Shown: piece after piece, positions 10,107 to 20,103 of the stretch
Layout: every line of letters starts with the position of its first letter
Numbering within the stretch: position 1 is the stretch's first letter
Source of the DNA: a phage
Sequence record: OZ346160.1
Strand: one strand, 5' to 3'
DNA length: 51,691 nucleotides
The notes under the pieces: generated by a model
Database searches by the model: none
What the model saw: only the letters and a program-made list of their open reading frames with translations
What the model was told of the DNA's origin: nothing
Position numbers and translations under genes: made by a program

Positions 10107-10145
10107 TTCCTGTAAAATCAATCTATCAAATAAATCAATTCCACT

Positions 10146-10164
10146 TTTAACAAAAAGTGCTATA
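10146..10164 (+). promoter_or_regulatory. conserved motif, inverted orientation, upstream of tail chaperone/tape measure operon
   Basis: TTTTAACAAAAAGTGCTAT immediately followed by AAGGAG RBS and ATG 10178. Confidence 0.45.
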
Positions 10165-10177
10165 AGGAGATCTTGAG

Positions 10178-10495
10178 ATGGCAAAGATGAAACTAACGTT
10201 AGGCCCACTGCCTGATTTTAAGCTACCTGTTTCTTTCGTGCTTCCAAATGGTGATGAGCAAGTTATTGTTTTTACCGTGCGCCACAAGAAGGCAAGCGAG
10301 ATTCACGAACGATACACGGCAGAAAAGCCGATGAGCGACGTAGAAATGATCACCTTCCTTGCTTCCGATTGGGATCTGGAAGATGAATTTAACGAGGAAA
10401 ACGTTGCTAAATTGCTGGATTATTACCCTTCTGCGTCATTATCGCTGACTGGTCATTATATGAAAGCACTTGCGGGGCAGCGGGTAAAAAACTAA
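10178..10495 (+). CDS. tail assembly chaperone (G-like)
   Basis: 105 aa immediately upstream of tape measure gene; ends at slippery A AAA AAC. Confidence 0.65.
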   Translation: MAKMKLTLGPLPDFKLPVSFVLPNGDEQVIVFTVRHKKASEIHERYTAEKPMSDVEMITFLASDWDLEDEFNEENVAKLLDYYPSASLSLTGHYMKALAGQRVKN

Positions 10496-10812
10496 AGCGG
10501 GCGGTTTACCTGTTTTACCTCAAGCCGCCAACTGACGCACAATTAGAGGCCGTCGGCCTATCCCGTTCAGACTACGAAGGGGAGGATCCGCCGGAGGTAA
10601 TTTTTGATGAATCAATGTTTCAATCTTGGGATCTGTTTTGCGCTATGCAGACGCAATGGAGATCGACTAGCGGCAGCGTGTATGGGTTCGACTATAACGT
10701 TTTGCCTATGCTTTTTGACATTTACAAGATTGAGGATCGGGAGATGGCGCTAAATGATTTGCGCATCATGGAACAAAAGGCGCTAGAAATGATTCATTCA
10801 AACAAAACATAA
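10178..10812 (+). CDS. tail assembly chaperone frameshift product (GT-like, -1 PRF)
   Basis: -1 frame is open from the slippery heptamer A_AAA_AAC (about 10486..10492) to the stop at 10810..10812; canonical arrangement upstream of tape measure. Confidence 0.5.
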
Positions 10813-10851
10813 GCGCCGCAAGGCGCTTTTTTAATATCTGGAGGTTTTAAA

Positions 10852-13533
10852 ATGGCTGAGAAATACGCTGGCCTAACGCTAGGCGTTGACGTGTCGCAGG
10901 TCAACAATGCTGTTAAATCATTGCAGCAATTCAAGAAGGCAAACGACGACGCAAAAAAAAGCGTTAATGAATTTGTTGATTCTGAGGTTGTGGCGCGACA
11001 GCAAGCTAAACAGTTTGCCGAAGAATTGGCGCGCCAGAAAGCAGAATTTAAGAAAATCCAGGAGTCAATTGATCCCACCGCGTCAAAGATGGATAAGCTG
11101 CGAAAGGCAGCGACACAGCTTGATGCGCTATGGAAAAAGGGTATTGTTCCTGATGAGACTTTTTTTGAGCTTGGGGCAATTCTTGAGACACAGCAAAACA
11201 AGCTGATCGCAACCAAAAAAGCGATGACAGAGGAAGGCCGCGCGGCGCTTGAGGAATCAAAGAACAAAGCGCGTGCAGCGGAAGAGGCTAAAAAATTCAT
11301 CCAGGCTTTGCGTGAGCAGGAAGAAGCAGCCGGAAAAAGCAAGTCTGAATTGCTGGAAATGAAAGCGGCACAGCTTGGAGTTAGCCAGGAGGCAGCACCT
11401 TACATCGCAAGACTGAAAGAGCAGGAAAAGCAGATCCAAAAACTTGGGATTTCTACAGGCCAATACAATCAAGCAATGAAGCTATTGCCAATGCAGATCA
11501 CAGACGTGGTGACTTCACTTGCTTCTGGTATGCCTGTTTGGTTGGTAGCAATCCAGCAGGGCGGACAGATTAAGGATTCTTTTGGTGGCGCATCCAATGC
11601 TTTAAAAGCGTTGCTATCTTTCCTTAATCCGGTAAACGTGGCGTTTGGCTTGCTTTCCGGCACGCTGGCAATTGCTGCATATAATGCCTACAAAACACAG
11701 ACAGAGTTTGAGGCAATTAAAAAAACCGTTCAGGAAACAACTGGCTTGACTGGTGATTTTGCCGAAAAGATTGCTACCGGAATACAGGAGCTTTCCGACA
11801 AGACAGGCGAAAGCGCAGAAGATCTGGCAAAGGCTTACATCACCACGAAAGACGGCGCGAGCGAGGCGATTAAAAAACTGGTTGACGTTGGCATGACTTA
11901 TGATGATGCAAAAAAGAAAGTCAACGAGTACAAAGGCGCGTCTAGCTTTGTCAGCTTGAATAACGAAATTGCAAACCACAAAAACAAAGTCCTTGAGTTG
12001 GGCGACTCGTGGTATGAAGTTTTGAAAGCGAAGCGTGATTACGCTTCCCCGTCCGGCGGCCTGTTAGGTAAAGAGCTTGGCTATGTTAATCCTATGCTTA
12101 AGTTTGCACTTAACACTTATGAAGACATTGGAAAGGTCGTAAAAGATGCGAATAAGGACATGGCTGAACGAGCGGAGAGAATCGACAAAGAAAACCTTGC
12201 CTTGAACAGAGTGAGAGCAGCGCAGGAGGCTTTAAACAAAGCCATTGAGGATCAGAAGGGCGTGGCGCGTTCGGCTGATGAAGAACTGAAAAAGCGCGCG
12301 GCTGAAAACGTGGAGTTCAGGCGCAAAGAGCTTGAGGAGATCAAGAAGCAGGAGCAGAAAAAGAAAGAGGCTAAAGGCGGAATAGTTCGCGGCCCAACTG
12401 AGCAGCTTGATAAAGAGTTGTACGTTTTAAAAGCGCAACTGGAAACGCTTAAAGAGCATCGCACTGTTAACGATGTTATTTCTCGCCAGCGTAAATCTTT
12501 ATGGAGTATCGAAAAGCAGATCGAGATCCTGGAGGATGCGCAGAGCAAGCGTAAATTGACCGGAGCGGAACAGGCGCTACTAAACGAGCAAAAAGCCGTT
12601 TTGGAAATGGCAAGGCAAAAGGCTGAATTAGGGGATCAGATTGTTTTGCAGGAGCGCAAAAACAAGCTGGAGCAAGATAGCATTAAGTTTATCCGTGAAA
12701 CGCAGGCGGCTATTGATGTGCTTGGCCTTAAGCAACTTGGCTACACTGAAAAGCAGATCGAGCGTGAGCTAGAGTTACGCAAGCTGCGCACCGACTACGA
12801 GGCGCAAGGAGGAAGCGTTAGCGATGAAGTTTTTCAGCAAATGGAGGAGAAACTTAAGCTGTATTATCAGACACAGGATGAGGTTCAAGGCAACTGGTTG
12901 GCAGGAGCAAAAAACGCATGGGAGGTGTTCGCGGAAGATGCAAACAATGCCTATGGCAATGTTCAGCAGATCGCAAGCGAGGCGTTAAACGGCCTTACAA
13001 ACCAATTAGCGAATTTTATCGCTACTGGCAAGGCAAACTTTAAAGACTTCTCGACGGCTATCATCAAAATGATTATTCAGATGATCACGAAAATGGTTGT
13101 CTTTAATGCGTTATCTGGCCTGATGGGTGGTCAAACCTGGACGATGGGGAGCTTGCTTAAGAACATTGGCGGATTTGCTGGCGGTGGATACACTGGCGAC
13201 GGCGGGAAGTATGAGCCAGCCGGAATTGTCCATAAAGGTGAATTTGTCATGACGAAGGAGGCGACGCAGCGTATCGGGGTAGGCAACTTGTACCGCATGA
13301 TGCGAGGCTATGCTAACGGCGGCGTTGTTGGTAGTTCCGGCTATACTGGCGGCGGCGCTGTCACTGGTGGAACACCTCAATTTAACATTGGTGGGATTGA
13401 TGTTAGCATCAATAACGGCAGCGATCCGAAGGGCATCGAAACTGGCGTTAAGATGATCTTTACTGATATGATTAAACGTTCCTGTATGCAGGGCGGGGAG
13501 GTTTACGAATTTGTTATGAGCAAGCGAGGTTGA
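10852..13533 (+). CDS. tail tape measure protein
   Basis: 893 aa, long coiled-coil N-terminal region, Gly-rich C-terminal region; largest tail gene after chaperone. Confidence 0.85.
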   Translation: MAEKYAGLTLGVDVSQVNNAVKSLQQFKKANDDAKKSVNEFVDSEVVARQQAKQFAEELARQKAEFKKIQESIDPTASKMDKLRKAATQLDALWKKGIVPDETFFELGAILETQQNKLIATKKAMTEEGRAALEESKNKARAAEEAKKFIQALREQEEAAGKSKSELLEMKAAQLGVSQEAAPYIARLKEQEKQIQKLGISTGQYNQAMKLLPMQITDVVTSLASGMPVWLVAIQQGGQIKDSFGGASNALKALLSFLNPVNVAFGLLSGTLAIAAYNAYKTQTEFEAIKKTVQETTGLTGDFAEKIATGIQELSDKTGESAEDLAKAYITTKDGASEAIKKLVDVGMTYDDAKKKVNEYKGASSFVSLNNEIANHKNKVLELGDSWYEVLKAKRDYASPSGGLLGKELGYVNPMLKFALNTYEDIGKVVKDANKDMAERAERIDKENLALNRVRAAQEALNKAIEDQKGVARSADEELKKRAAENVEFRRKELEEIKKQEQKKKEAKGGIVRGPTEQLDKELYVLKAQLETLKEHRTVNDVISRQRKSLWSIEKQIEILEDAQSKRKLTGAEQALLNEQKAVLEMARQKAELGDQIVLQERKNKLEQDSIKFIRETQAAIDVLGLKQLGYTEKQIERELELRKLRTDYEAQGGSVSDEVFQQMEEKLKLYYQTQDEVQGNWLAGAKNAWEVFAEDANNAYGNVQQIASEALNGLTNQLANFIATGKANFKDFSTAIIKMIIQMITKMVVFNALSGLMGGQTWTMGSLLKNIGGFAGGGYTGDGGKYEPAGIVHKGEFVMTKEATQRIGVGNLYRMMRGYANGGVVGSSGYTGGGAVTGGTPQFNIGGIDVSINNGSDPKGIETGVKMIFTDMIKRSCMQGGEVYEFVMSKRG

Positions 13534-13535
13534 TA

Positions 13536-13886
13536 ATGAAGCTGGATCAGTTTAAGTGGTGTACGCAGGTTCAGAACGGCGGCGGGTCCATGACGTCATC
13601 AAATAACGATCGAGAGATTGCATTCGGTAACGGATACACACAGGTAGCATCTGGAGGCTTTAACACAATCCGGCGAGAGTTTAGCATTGTTTACGCTGGG
13701 CTTGATTACAGAGATGTTGTCAAGTTCCTGAATGAGCACAGGCTAAAACCTTTCTTGTGGATCATGCCAGATGGAAGCCCTGGATTGTTTAGGGTGAAAA
13801 GCGGTAGCGTCGGGCTTACCCCATTGTCGCCAACCGTTCAGGAAGTAAAAGCCACTTTTACGGAACAATTTACATCAATGCAGTAA
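13536..13886 (+). CDS. distal tail protein (lambda M-like)
   Basis: About 116 aa immediately after tape measure; GAGG RBS; terminator follows. Confidence 0.55.
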   Translation: MKLDQFKWCTQVQNGGGSMTSSNNDREIAFGNGYTQVASGGFNTIRREFSIVYAGLDYRDVVKFLNEHRLKPFLWIMPDGSPGLFRVKSGSVGLTPLSPTVQEVKATFTEQFTSMQ

Positions 13887-13890
13887 TTTT

Positions 13891-13917
13891 AAAGCCGCCT
13901 TTGTGCGGCTTTTTTCT
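13891..13917 (+). terminator. rho-independent terminator
   Basis: AAGCCGC-ctttgt-GCGGCTT followed by TTTTTCTT. Confidence 0.55.
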
Positions 13918-13949
13918 TGATGTTACAATGAGCAAAAAGGAGGTAGAAA

Positions 13950-14711
13950 ATGGCTAATAAAGAATCAGGTAGAGTTGAATTTGAGAACTGCCTACAAAGT
14001 TTGTACCCAGGCGAAATTATAACGCTTGTAGAGATTGACGGGACGAAGTTCGGAGCAAATATTTACCGATTTCACAATGAAAACATCTCTTATACTGCCG
14101 AAGAATTAATGCAAGCGCAGCAAACTGGAATCTTGCCGCCGAAAGATATTATTTTCCAGGGTGAGGTTTACGGAGCGCGGCCTTTCGGTGTGAGCGGGAT
14201 TAACTTCACAAGTAACGGCAGGGCAGATAAGCCTCAGCTTATGGTGTCAAACCTTGACAGCAGGGTTAGCGCAATGATCAGAAATTACAATGGCATGATG
14301 CAAGCAAAAGTGACTTTCTGGATCACGGCAAAGGAATTTATCGGAGAAGGCGGGGCAATCAAAGATGGCGCTTACAGAAAATTGGTTTATTACATTGAGC
14401 GCCCAAGCCAGTATAATAGAGAGGTGGCGAAATTTGATCTGACATCGCCTTACGATATGGATGGAATCATGATACCGCCGCGCATCACTCAAAGCGTTTG
14501 CTATTGGGCGCAAAGGGGATGGTACAGGAGCGGAAAGGGTTGCTCTTATAACGGATCGGCAATGTTCGATAAAGACAATAAGCCAGTAACAGATCCATCA
14601 CAAGACTATTGCGCCGGAACTGTAACGGCTTGCAAATTGAGATTCGGTCAGAAAAACGAATTGGATTTCGGCGGCTGCGCGGTTGCTTCACTGCTACGGA
14701 GGAATCAATAA
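13950..14711 (+). CDS. minor tail protein (lambda L-like)
   Basis: 253 aa with C-terminal Cys cluster (CYWAQ..GKGCSYNG..CAGTVTAC..GGCAV); AGGAGG RBS. Confidence 0.65.
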   Translation: MANKESGRVEFENCLQSLYPGEIITLVEIDGTKFGANIYRFHNENISYTAEELMQAQQTGILPPKDIIFQGEVYGARPFGVSGINFTSNGRADKPQLMVSNLDSRVSAMIRNYNGMMQAKVTFWITAKEFIGEGGAIKDGAYRKLVYYIERPSQYNREVAKFDLTSPYDMDGIMIPPRITQSVCYWAQRGWYRSGKGCSYNGSAMFDKDNKPVTDPSQDYCAGTVTACKLRFGQKNELDFGGCAVASLLRRNQ

Positions 14712-15442
14712 TGATTAGTGCAAAAATTAAACTTGAAATAATGCAGCACGTTAAAGAGGAATACCCTAAAGAGGCTTGCGGCGTCATAACTCAAAAATCA
14801 CGGGTACAGAAATATCACCGCATAACCAACGTGCATGACGATCCAGAAAATCATTTTGAAATGGACGCCGTAGAATACGCTGAATCGCTCGACAAAGGCG
14901 AATTAATCGCGGTGGTGCATTCCCATTGCGGGGATGGTGCTAGTACGATACCGAGCGCGCACGACTCATGTATGTGCGATGAAATGGGTGTGTCGTGGAT
15001 TATAGTGTCATGGCCCGAAGGTGATATGAGAATTGTCGAGCCGCAGGAGAGGCCGCTTATCGGTCGCCCGTGGTCGCTTGGGTCGTTCGATTGCTGGGGT
15101 CTTATCATGGCGTGGCATAAACAGCACGGAGTAGTATTGAATGACTTCCGAAAGCCTTACGAGTGGTGGAAGTCAGAATATGGTGAAAATCTTTACCAAG
15201 ATAATTATTTGAAAGAGGGATTTGTTGAAACTAACGAGCCTCCAAAACCGGGTGATATGGTGATTATGCAACTATCATCTCCAGTCTGGAATCATGCGGG
15301 GATTTATTTGGGTAACAACCAGCTATTACATCATGCGTTTGGAAAGCTATCTCGCATCGACTTGTATTCTGGATGGTATCAGGAGCACACTGTAAAAATT
15401 TGTCGACATAAGGATCTGAAATATGACATTGAAAGTAATTAA
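14711..15442 (+). CDS. tail assembly protein (lambda K-like; JAB/MPN metalloprotease + NlpC/P60 domains)
   Basis: Start at MISAKI; JAMM-like motif HSHCGDGASTIPSAHD; C-terminal Cys/His region. Confidence 0.7.
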   Translation: MISAKIKLEIMQHVKEEYPKEACGVITQKSRVQKYHRITNVHDDPENHFEMDAVEYAESLDKGELIAVVHSHCGDGASTIPSAHDSCMCDEMGVSWIIVSWPEGDMRIVEPQERPLIGRPWSLGSFDCWGLIMAWHKQHGVVLNDFRKPYEWWKSEYGENLYQDNYLKEGFVETNEPPKPGDMVIMQLSSPVWNHAGIYLGNNQLLHHAFGKLSRIDLYSGWYQEHTVKICRHKDLKYDIESN

Positions 15443-16019
15443 GTTATCTGGTTCCCTGGGGCGTAGATTTGGCGTCTTTCACAAAATGGCGGTTGACTCA
15501 TACCCCGAAGCAATACGCGCATTATCTTCCCAGGTTGAAGGATTCAAAGACTACATGCAAAGCGAAGTAGGATCGCGAATGAAGTATGCTGTATTCGTTG
15601 ATGGAAAAAACGTTGGTCAGCATGATGAAAAATCATGGAAGTGCGCGCGAGAGGTTCGAATAGTTCCTGTTCCAACTGGTTCTAAGTCAGGCGGCCTGTT
15701 CAATGTTGTTTTTGGTGCTGTAATTATGGCTACTGCGTTCATTACTGGCGGTGCAAGCCTGGCGGCTATGGGCGCTTTTGCATCTTCCGCATTTATGATG
15801 GGTGGTGCTATCGCGCTTGGCGGTGTCATGCAAATGATCTCACCGCAGCAGGGAGGAATGAAACTGCAAAGCCAATCAGCGGAAAACAAGCCTTCTTACG
15901 CTTTCGGCGGTGCAGTAAATACCACGGCGGCAGGTTATCCGGTTCCGTTGCCATATGGATATAGGACAGTCGGCGGCGCGATCTGGTCGGCTGGCAGCTA
16001 CGCAGAGGACAAAGCATAA
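15423..16019 (+). CDS. tail assembly protein (lambda I-like)
   Basis: 198 aa, hydrophobic Gly/Ala-rich central segment; overlaps K-like gene. Confidence 0.6.
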   Translation: MTLKVIKLSGSLGRRFGVFHKMAVDSYPEAIRALSSQVEGFKDYMQSEVGSRMKYAVFVDGKNVGQHDEKSWKCAREVRIVPVPTGSKSGGLFNVVFGAVIMATAFITGGASLAAMGAFASSAFMMGGAIALGGVMQMISPQQGGMKLQSQSAENKPSYAFGGAVNTTAAGYPVPLPYGYRTVGGAIWSAGSYAEDKA

Positions 16020-16063
16020 ATAGCACAATATGTTAAAGCGAAAACGGATTTTCGCTTTACAAT
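16019..16063 (+). promoter_or_regulatory. degenerate cassette copy upstream of HNH endonuclease
   Basis: AATAGCACAATATGTTAAAGC overlapping I-like gene stop; hairpin GCGAAAA..TTTTCGC; TACAAT at 16058..16063 (motif positions 40-45). Confidence 0.45.
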
Positions 16064-16080
16064 TAATTAAGGAGGTGATC

Positions 16081-16557
16081 ATGTGGCGTGATATTTTTTA
16101 TTATAATGACGGTAAGTTATTTTGGGCTGTAGACGTAGGAAGAAGGATAAAGAAAGGAAGTGAGGCAGGAAGCGTAAGCAAAAGCAAGAAGAGTGGAGAA
16201 AGGGTTAGAATATCAATTGATGGAGAAAGATACTACAGGAGCAGGATAGTTTGGGAAATTCATAATGGAGAAATACCGCATGGAATGCAAGTTGATCACA
16301 TAGATCACAACACAATGAACGACAATATTTCAAACTTAAGACTTGTTAGAATGAGTGTTAACAACAAGAATAAGTCGCTTTACAGGAACAGCAAGACGGG
16401 AATTACTGGGGTAAACTTTAGTCGCGGAAAATGGATTGCAAGAGCAAAGATTGATGGTGTTAGGCATGAATTTTACTTTGATTCATTTCAGGATGCGGCA
16501 GAAAAGAGGATAGAGATTGAAGTTTTAAACAAATTCCACATAAACCACGGAAAGTAG
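16081..16557 (+). CDS. HNH homing endonuclease with AP2-like DNA-binding domain
   Basis: Start at MWRDIF with AAGGAGG RBS; HNH motif HGMQVDHIDHNTMNDNISNLRLV; AP2-like GITGVNFSRGKWIARAKIDG; A-rich codon usage differs from neighbours. Confidence 0.75.
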   Translation: MWRDIFYYNDGKLFWAVDVGRRIKKGSEAGSVSKSKKSGERVRISIDGERYYRSRIVWEIHNGEIPHGMQVDHIDHNTMNDNISNLRLVRMSVNNKNKSLYRNSKTGITGVNFSRGKWIARAKIDGVRHEFYFDSFQDAAEKRIEIEVLNKFHINHGK

Positions 16558-16561
16558 ATTT

Positions 16562-16586
16562 AACCAGCATTGCGCTGGTTTTTTTG
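16562..16586 (+). terminator. rho-independent terminator after HNH gene
   Basis: AACCAGC-attgc-GCTGGTT followed by T7. Confidence 0.55.
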
Positions 16587-16598
16587 TGCCTTTATAAT
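16570..16598 (+). promoter_or_regulatory. putative sigma70 promoter for J-like gene
   Basis: TTGCGC - 17 nt - TATAAT (16593..16598), overlapping the HNH terminator hairpin. Confidence 0.3.
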
Positions 16599-16634
16599 GT
16601 GCAAACCAAGAAACAGCACAAAGGGTTAAAAGTC

Positions 16635-19600
16635 ATGGCTAAATATATGATAAGCGGCAGTAAGGGCGGAAGCAAAAAGCCATACGTGCCAAAAGAGATG
16701 GAAGATAACCTGATCTCGATAAACAAGATTAAAGTTTTGCTGGCTGTATCTGATGGCGAGTGCGATCCAGATTTCACGTTGCGCGATCTTTATCTTGATG
16801 ATGTTCCGGTTATTGCCAGCGATGGCACTGTTAACTATGAGGGTGTAACGGCTGAATATAGACCGGGCACACAGACGCAAGATTACATCCAGGGGTTTAC
16901 TGACACATCAAGCGAGGTGACAGTTTCGCGAGATATTACAATAGACAATCCCTATATTATCTCTGTAACAAACAAAAATCTTTCTGCAATCAGAATCAAG
17001 ATTCTGATGCCAACTGGCATAAAGCAGGAGGATAACGGCGATCTGGTAGGTGTTAGTGTCACATATGCCGTTGATATGGCGGTTGATGGCGAATCTTACA
17101 AAGAAGTTTTGCTGGACACCATTAACGGTAAAACGAGAACAGGTTACGACCGCAGTCGCCGTATCGACTTGCCGAAGTTCAATGATCGCGTATTGTTCCG
17201 CGTTCGACGAGTTACGCCAGACAGCACATCTTCAAAGGTGACTGATAAAATCAAACTGCAAAGTTACGCTGAGGTTGTGGATGCAAAATTCCGTTATCCT
17301 CTGACTGGCCTTGTATTTGTAGAATTTGACAGCGAATTGTTTCCTACACAAATCCCTAACATTTCTATAAAAAAGAAATGGAAGATTATTAATGTGCCAA
17401 GCAACTATGATCCAATATCAAGAGAATATCATGGGTCATGGGATGGGACTTTTAAGAAAGCGTGGTCAAATAATCCTGCATGGGTTCTTTATGATCTGGT
17501 GACGAATCAGCGTTATGGACTTGACCAGCGAGAGTTAGGAATACAGATCGACAAGTGGAGCTTATACGAGGCAGGCGTTTACTGTGATCAGAAAGTTCCA
17601 GACGGTAAGGGCGGTACAGAGCCTCGCTACCTATGCGATGTGGTGATTCAGAATCAAGTTGAGGCTTATCAGCTAATCCGTGACATTTGCTCAATCTTTC
17701 GCGGAATGAGCTTTTGGAATGGTGAGAGCTTATCAATCGTGATTGATAAGCCGCGCGATCCATCATACGTGTTTACTAATGAAAACGTCATCAACGGTGA
17801 TTTTCAGTACACAACCGCAAGCGAAAAAAGCATGTACACGCAGTGTAACGTGACGTTTGACGACGAACAAAACATGTATCAGCAGGACGTAGAGGGGGTT
17901 TTTGATACTGAGGCGGCATTACGATTTGGATACAATCCAACAAGCATTACAGCGATCGGGTGTACACGCAGGAGCGAAGCGAATCGTCGCGGTCGGTGGG
18001 TTTTGAAAACAAACCTTAGAAGCACTACTGTAAACTTTGCTACCGGACTAGAGGGGATGATTCCATCAATAGGTGATGTGATTGCTATCGCTGATAATTT
18101 TCATAGCAGCAACCTAACGTTAAACCTATCGGGCCGAGTGATGGAAGTTTCAGGATTGCAGGTTTTCGTTCCGTTTAAGGTTGATGCTCGTCCTGGTGAT
18201 TTTATTATCATCAACAAGCCGGACGGCAAGCCAGTTAAGCGCACGATTTCAAAGGTGAGCGCAGACGGAAAAACCATTGAGTTAAATATTGGCTTTGGTT
18301 TTGATGTTAAGCCTGATACTGTTTTTGCGATTGACCGTACTGACCTTGCGTTGCAGCAATACGTTGTGACAACTATCAGCAAGGGTGATGATGAAAACGA
18401 GTTTACCTTTTCAATCACGGCTGTGGAGTACGATCCGAACAAATACGACGAGATTGATTACGGCGTAAACATTGATGACAGGCCAACTTCAATTGTTCAG
18501 CCTGACGTGATGGTAGCGCCTGAGAACGTGCAGATCTCATCTTATTCTCGCGTTGTGCAGGGTGTCAGCGTTGAAACTATGGTTGTGTCGTGGGAAAAAG
18601 TGCCTTATGCGTCACTGTATGAAATGCAATGGCGAAAGGGTGATGGTAACTGGCTGAATACGCCGCAGACCGCTAACAAAGAGATAGAGGTAGAAGGAAT
18701 TTATTCAGGCAACTACCAAGTAAGGGTGAGATCCGTTTCTGCAAGCGGTAACACTTCCCCGTGGTCAAAGATTGCAACCGCAACCCTGACAGGTAAAGTT
18801 GGCGAGCCAGGAGCGCCGATTAATCTTACAGCTTCTGATAATGAAGTTTTTGGCATTCGTGTCAAATGGGGTATGCCGGAAGGGTCAGGAGATACGGCTT
18901 ACATCGAGCTTCACCAATCGCCAGATGGAACGGTGGAAAACTCAAGTTTGCTTACGCTGATCCCGTATCCTCAATATGAGTATTGGCATGGCACGTTACC
19001 AGCTGGGCAAGTTGTATGGTATAGAATCCGTAGCGTTGACAGGATCGGCAATGTTTCCGGCTGGACTGACTTTGTTCGCGGCATGGCGTCAGATGATGTT
19101 GATTCTGTTTTAGGCGACATTCTGGACAAGATTTTTGATACCGAAGCTGGTCAAGAAATCAAAGAGAACGCCATAGACAGCGCCAACAAAATCAAAGACC
19201 AGGCGCAATCAATCATTCAGAACGCTTTGGCAAATGATTCTGATGTTAGAGTTATGAAAAAGGAGAATGGGAAACGGAAAGCTGAATTTAGGCAATCTAT
19301 ACAGATGATTGCTGATGAAACAGAAGCAAGGGTGACAGCGTTAACGCAATTAAAAGCAGAATTTGATGAGGAGATAACTAGCGAAGTAACAAGACTTGAT
19401 CAGGCGATCGCAACAGAATCAGAAACGCGAGCAACAGCTATAGAGGAATTAAAATCACAGATTGGTGATGATATACAGGGGCAGTTAACTAGAGTTGAGG
19501 AAGCGATTGCAAGCGAAACAGAGGCGCGCGTTTCTGCCGATACTGCATTAACGGCAAAGTTTGGTGATCTTGAGTCGGCACTTACTGAAAAACTTGATTC

Positions 19601-20060
19601 ATGGGCTGGCGTTGATGGAGTTGGCGCACAGTACGCAATGAAACTTGGATTGACATACAACGGGCAGAAGTACAGCGCTGGTATGGTGATGCAGCTTTCG
19701 CAGGGTTCATCCGGCCTTATTTCGCAGATTTTGTTTGATGCGAACAGGTTCGCTATCATGACAAGTTCGACTGGAGGGTCGTATACATTGCCTTTTGTGG
19801 TAGAAAATAACCAAGTTTTCATTAACAGTCTGTTAGTGAAAAGCGGATCAATCACAAACGCCATGATCGGTAACTTCATCCAATCAAACAATTACGTTTG
19901 GAATCAAACAGGATGGAGGCTGGATAAAAACGGCACGTTTGAAAATTATGGTTCTACTCCTGGAGAAGGGGCCATGAAAATGACAAACGAAACGATCAGC
20001 GTTAGGGATGTAAACGGAGTTTTGCGTGTTCAGATTGGTAGGCTGACTGGTACGTGGTAA
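16635..20060 (+). CDS. tail tip / host specificity protein (lambda J-like central fibre)
   Basis: 1141 aa from MAKYMISG; size, position after I-like gene, fibronectin III-like segments in middle. Confidence 0.8.
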   Translation: MAKYMISGSKGGSKKPYVPKEMEDNLISINKIKVLLAVSDGECDPDFTLRDLYLDDVPVIASDGTVNYEGVTAEYRPGTQTQDYIQGFTDTSSEVTVSRDITIDNPYIISVTNKNLSAIRIKILMPTGIKQEDNGDLVGVSVTYAVDMAVDGESYKEVLLDTINGKTRTGYDRSRRIDLPKFNDRVLFRVRRVTPDSTSSKVTDKIKLQSYAEVVDAKFRYPLTGLVFVEFDSELFPTQIPNISIKKKWKIINVPSNYDPISREYHGSWDGTFKKAWSNNPAWVLYDLVTNQRYGLDQRELGIQIDKWSLYEAGVYCDQKVPDGKGGTEPRYLCDVVIQNQVEAYQLIRDICSIFRGMSFWNGESLSIVIDKPRDPSYVFTNENVINGDFQYTTASEKSMYTQCNVTFDDEQNMYQQDVEGVFDTEAALRFGYNPTSITAIGCTRRSEANRRGRWVLKTNLRSTTVNFATGLEGMIPSIGDVIAIADNFHSSNLTLNLSGRVMEVSGLQVFVPFKVDARPGDFIIINKPDGKPVKRTISKVSADGKTIELNIGFGFDVKPDTVFAIDRTDLALQQYVVTTISKGDDENEFTFSITAVEYDPNKYDEIDYGVNIDDRPTSIVQPDVMVAPENVQISSYSRVVQGVSVETMVVSWEKVPYASLYEMQWRKGDGNWLNTPQTANKEIEVEGIYSGNYQVRVRSVSASGNTSPWSKIATATLTGKVGEPGAPINLTASDNEVFGIRVKWGMPEGSGDTAYIELHQSPDGTVENSSLLTLIPYPQYEYWHGTLPAGQVVWYRIRSVDRIGNVSGWTDFVRGMASDDVDSVLGDILDKIFDTEAGQEIKENAIDSANKIKDQAQSIIQNALANDSDVRVMKKENGKRKAEFRQSIQMIADETEARVTALTQLKAEFDEEITSEVTRLDQAIATESETRATAIEELKSQIGDDIQGQLTRVEEAIASETEARVSADTALTAKFGDLESALTEKLDSWAGVDGVGAQYAMKLGLTYNGQKYSAGMVMQLSQGSSGLISQILFDANRFAIMTSSTGGSYTLPFVVENNQVFINSLLVKSGSITNAMIGNFIQSNNYVWNQTGWRLDKNGTFENYGSTPGEGAMKMTNETISVRDVNGVLRVQIGRLTGTW

Positions 20061-20065
20061 AATCA

Positions 20066-20090
20066 AAGCGGGGCGCTTGCCCCGCATTTA
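20066..20090 (+). terminator. terminator-like hairpin after J-like gene
   Basis: GCGGGGCG-ctt-GCCCCGC with weak T-run. Confidence 0.4.
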
Positions 20091-20103
20091 TGGAGGTTTA
20101 ATA

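Noticed and set aside
10794-11979. Several - strand ORFs (10794..11342, 11257..11472, 11614..11979) inside the tape measure gene
   Set aside because: They are antisense to a long, well-supported + strand gene, have low-complexity Ser/Ala/Leu/Cys-rich translations and no RBS; judged frame artefacts
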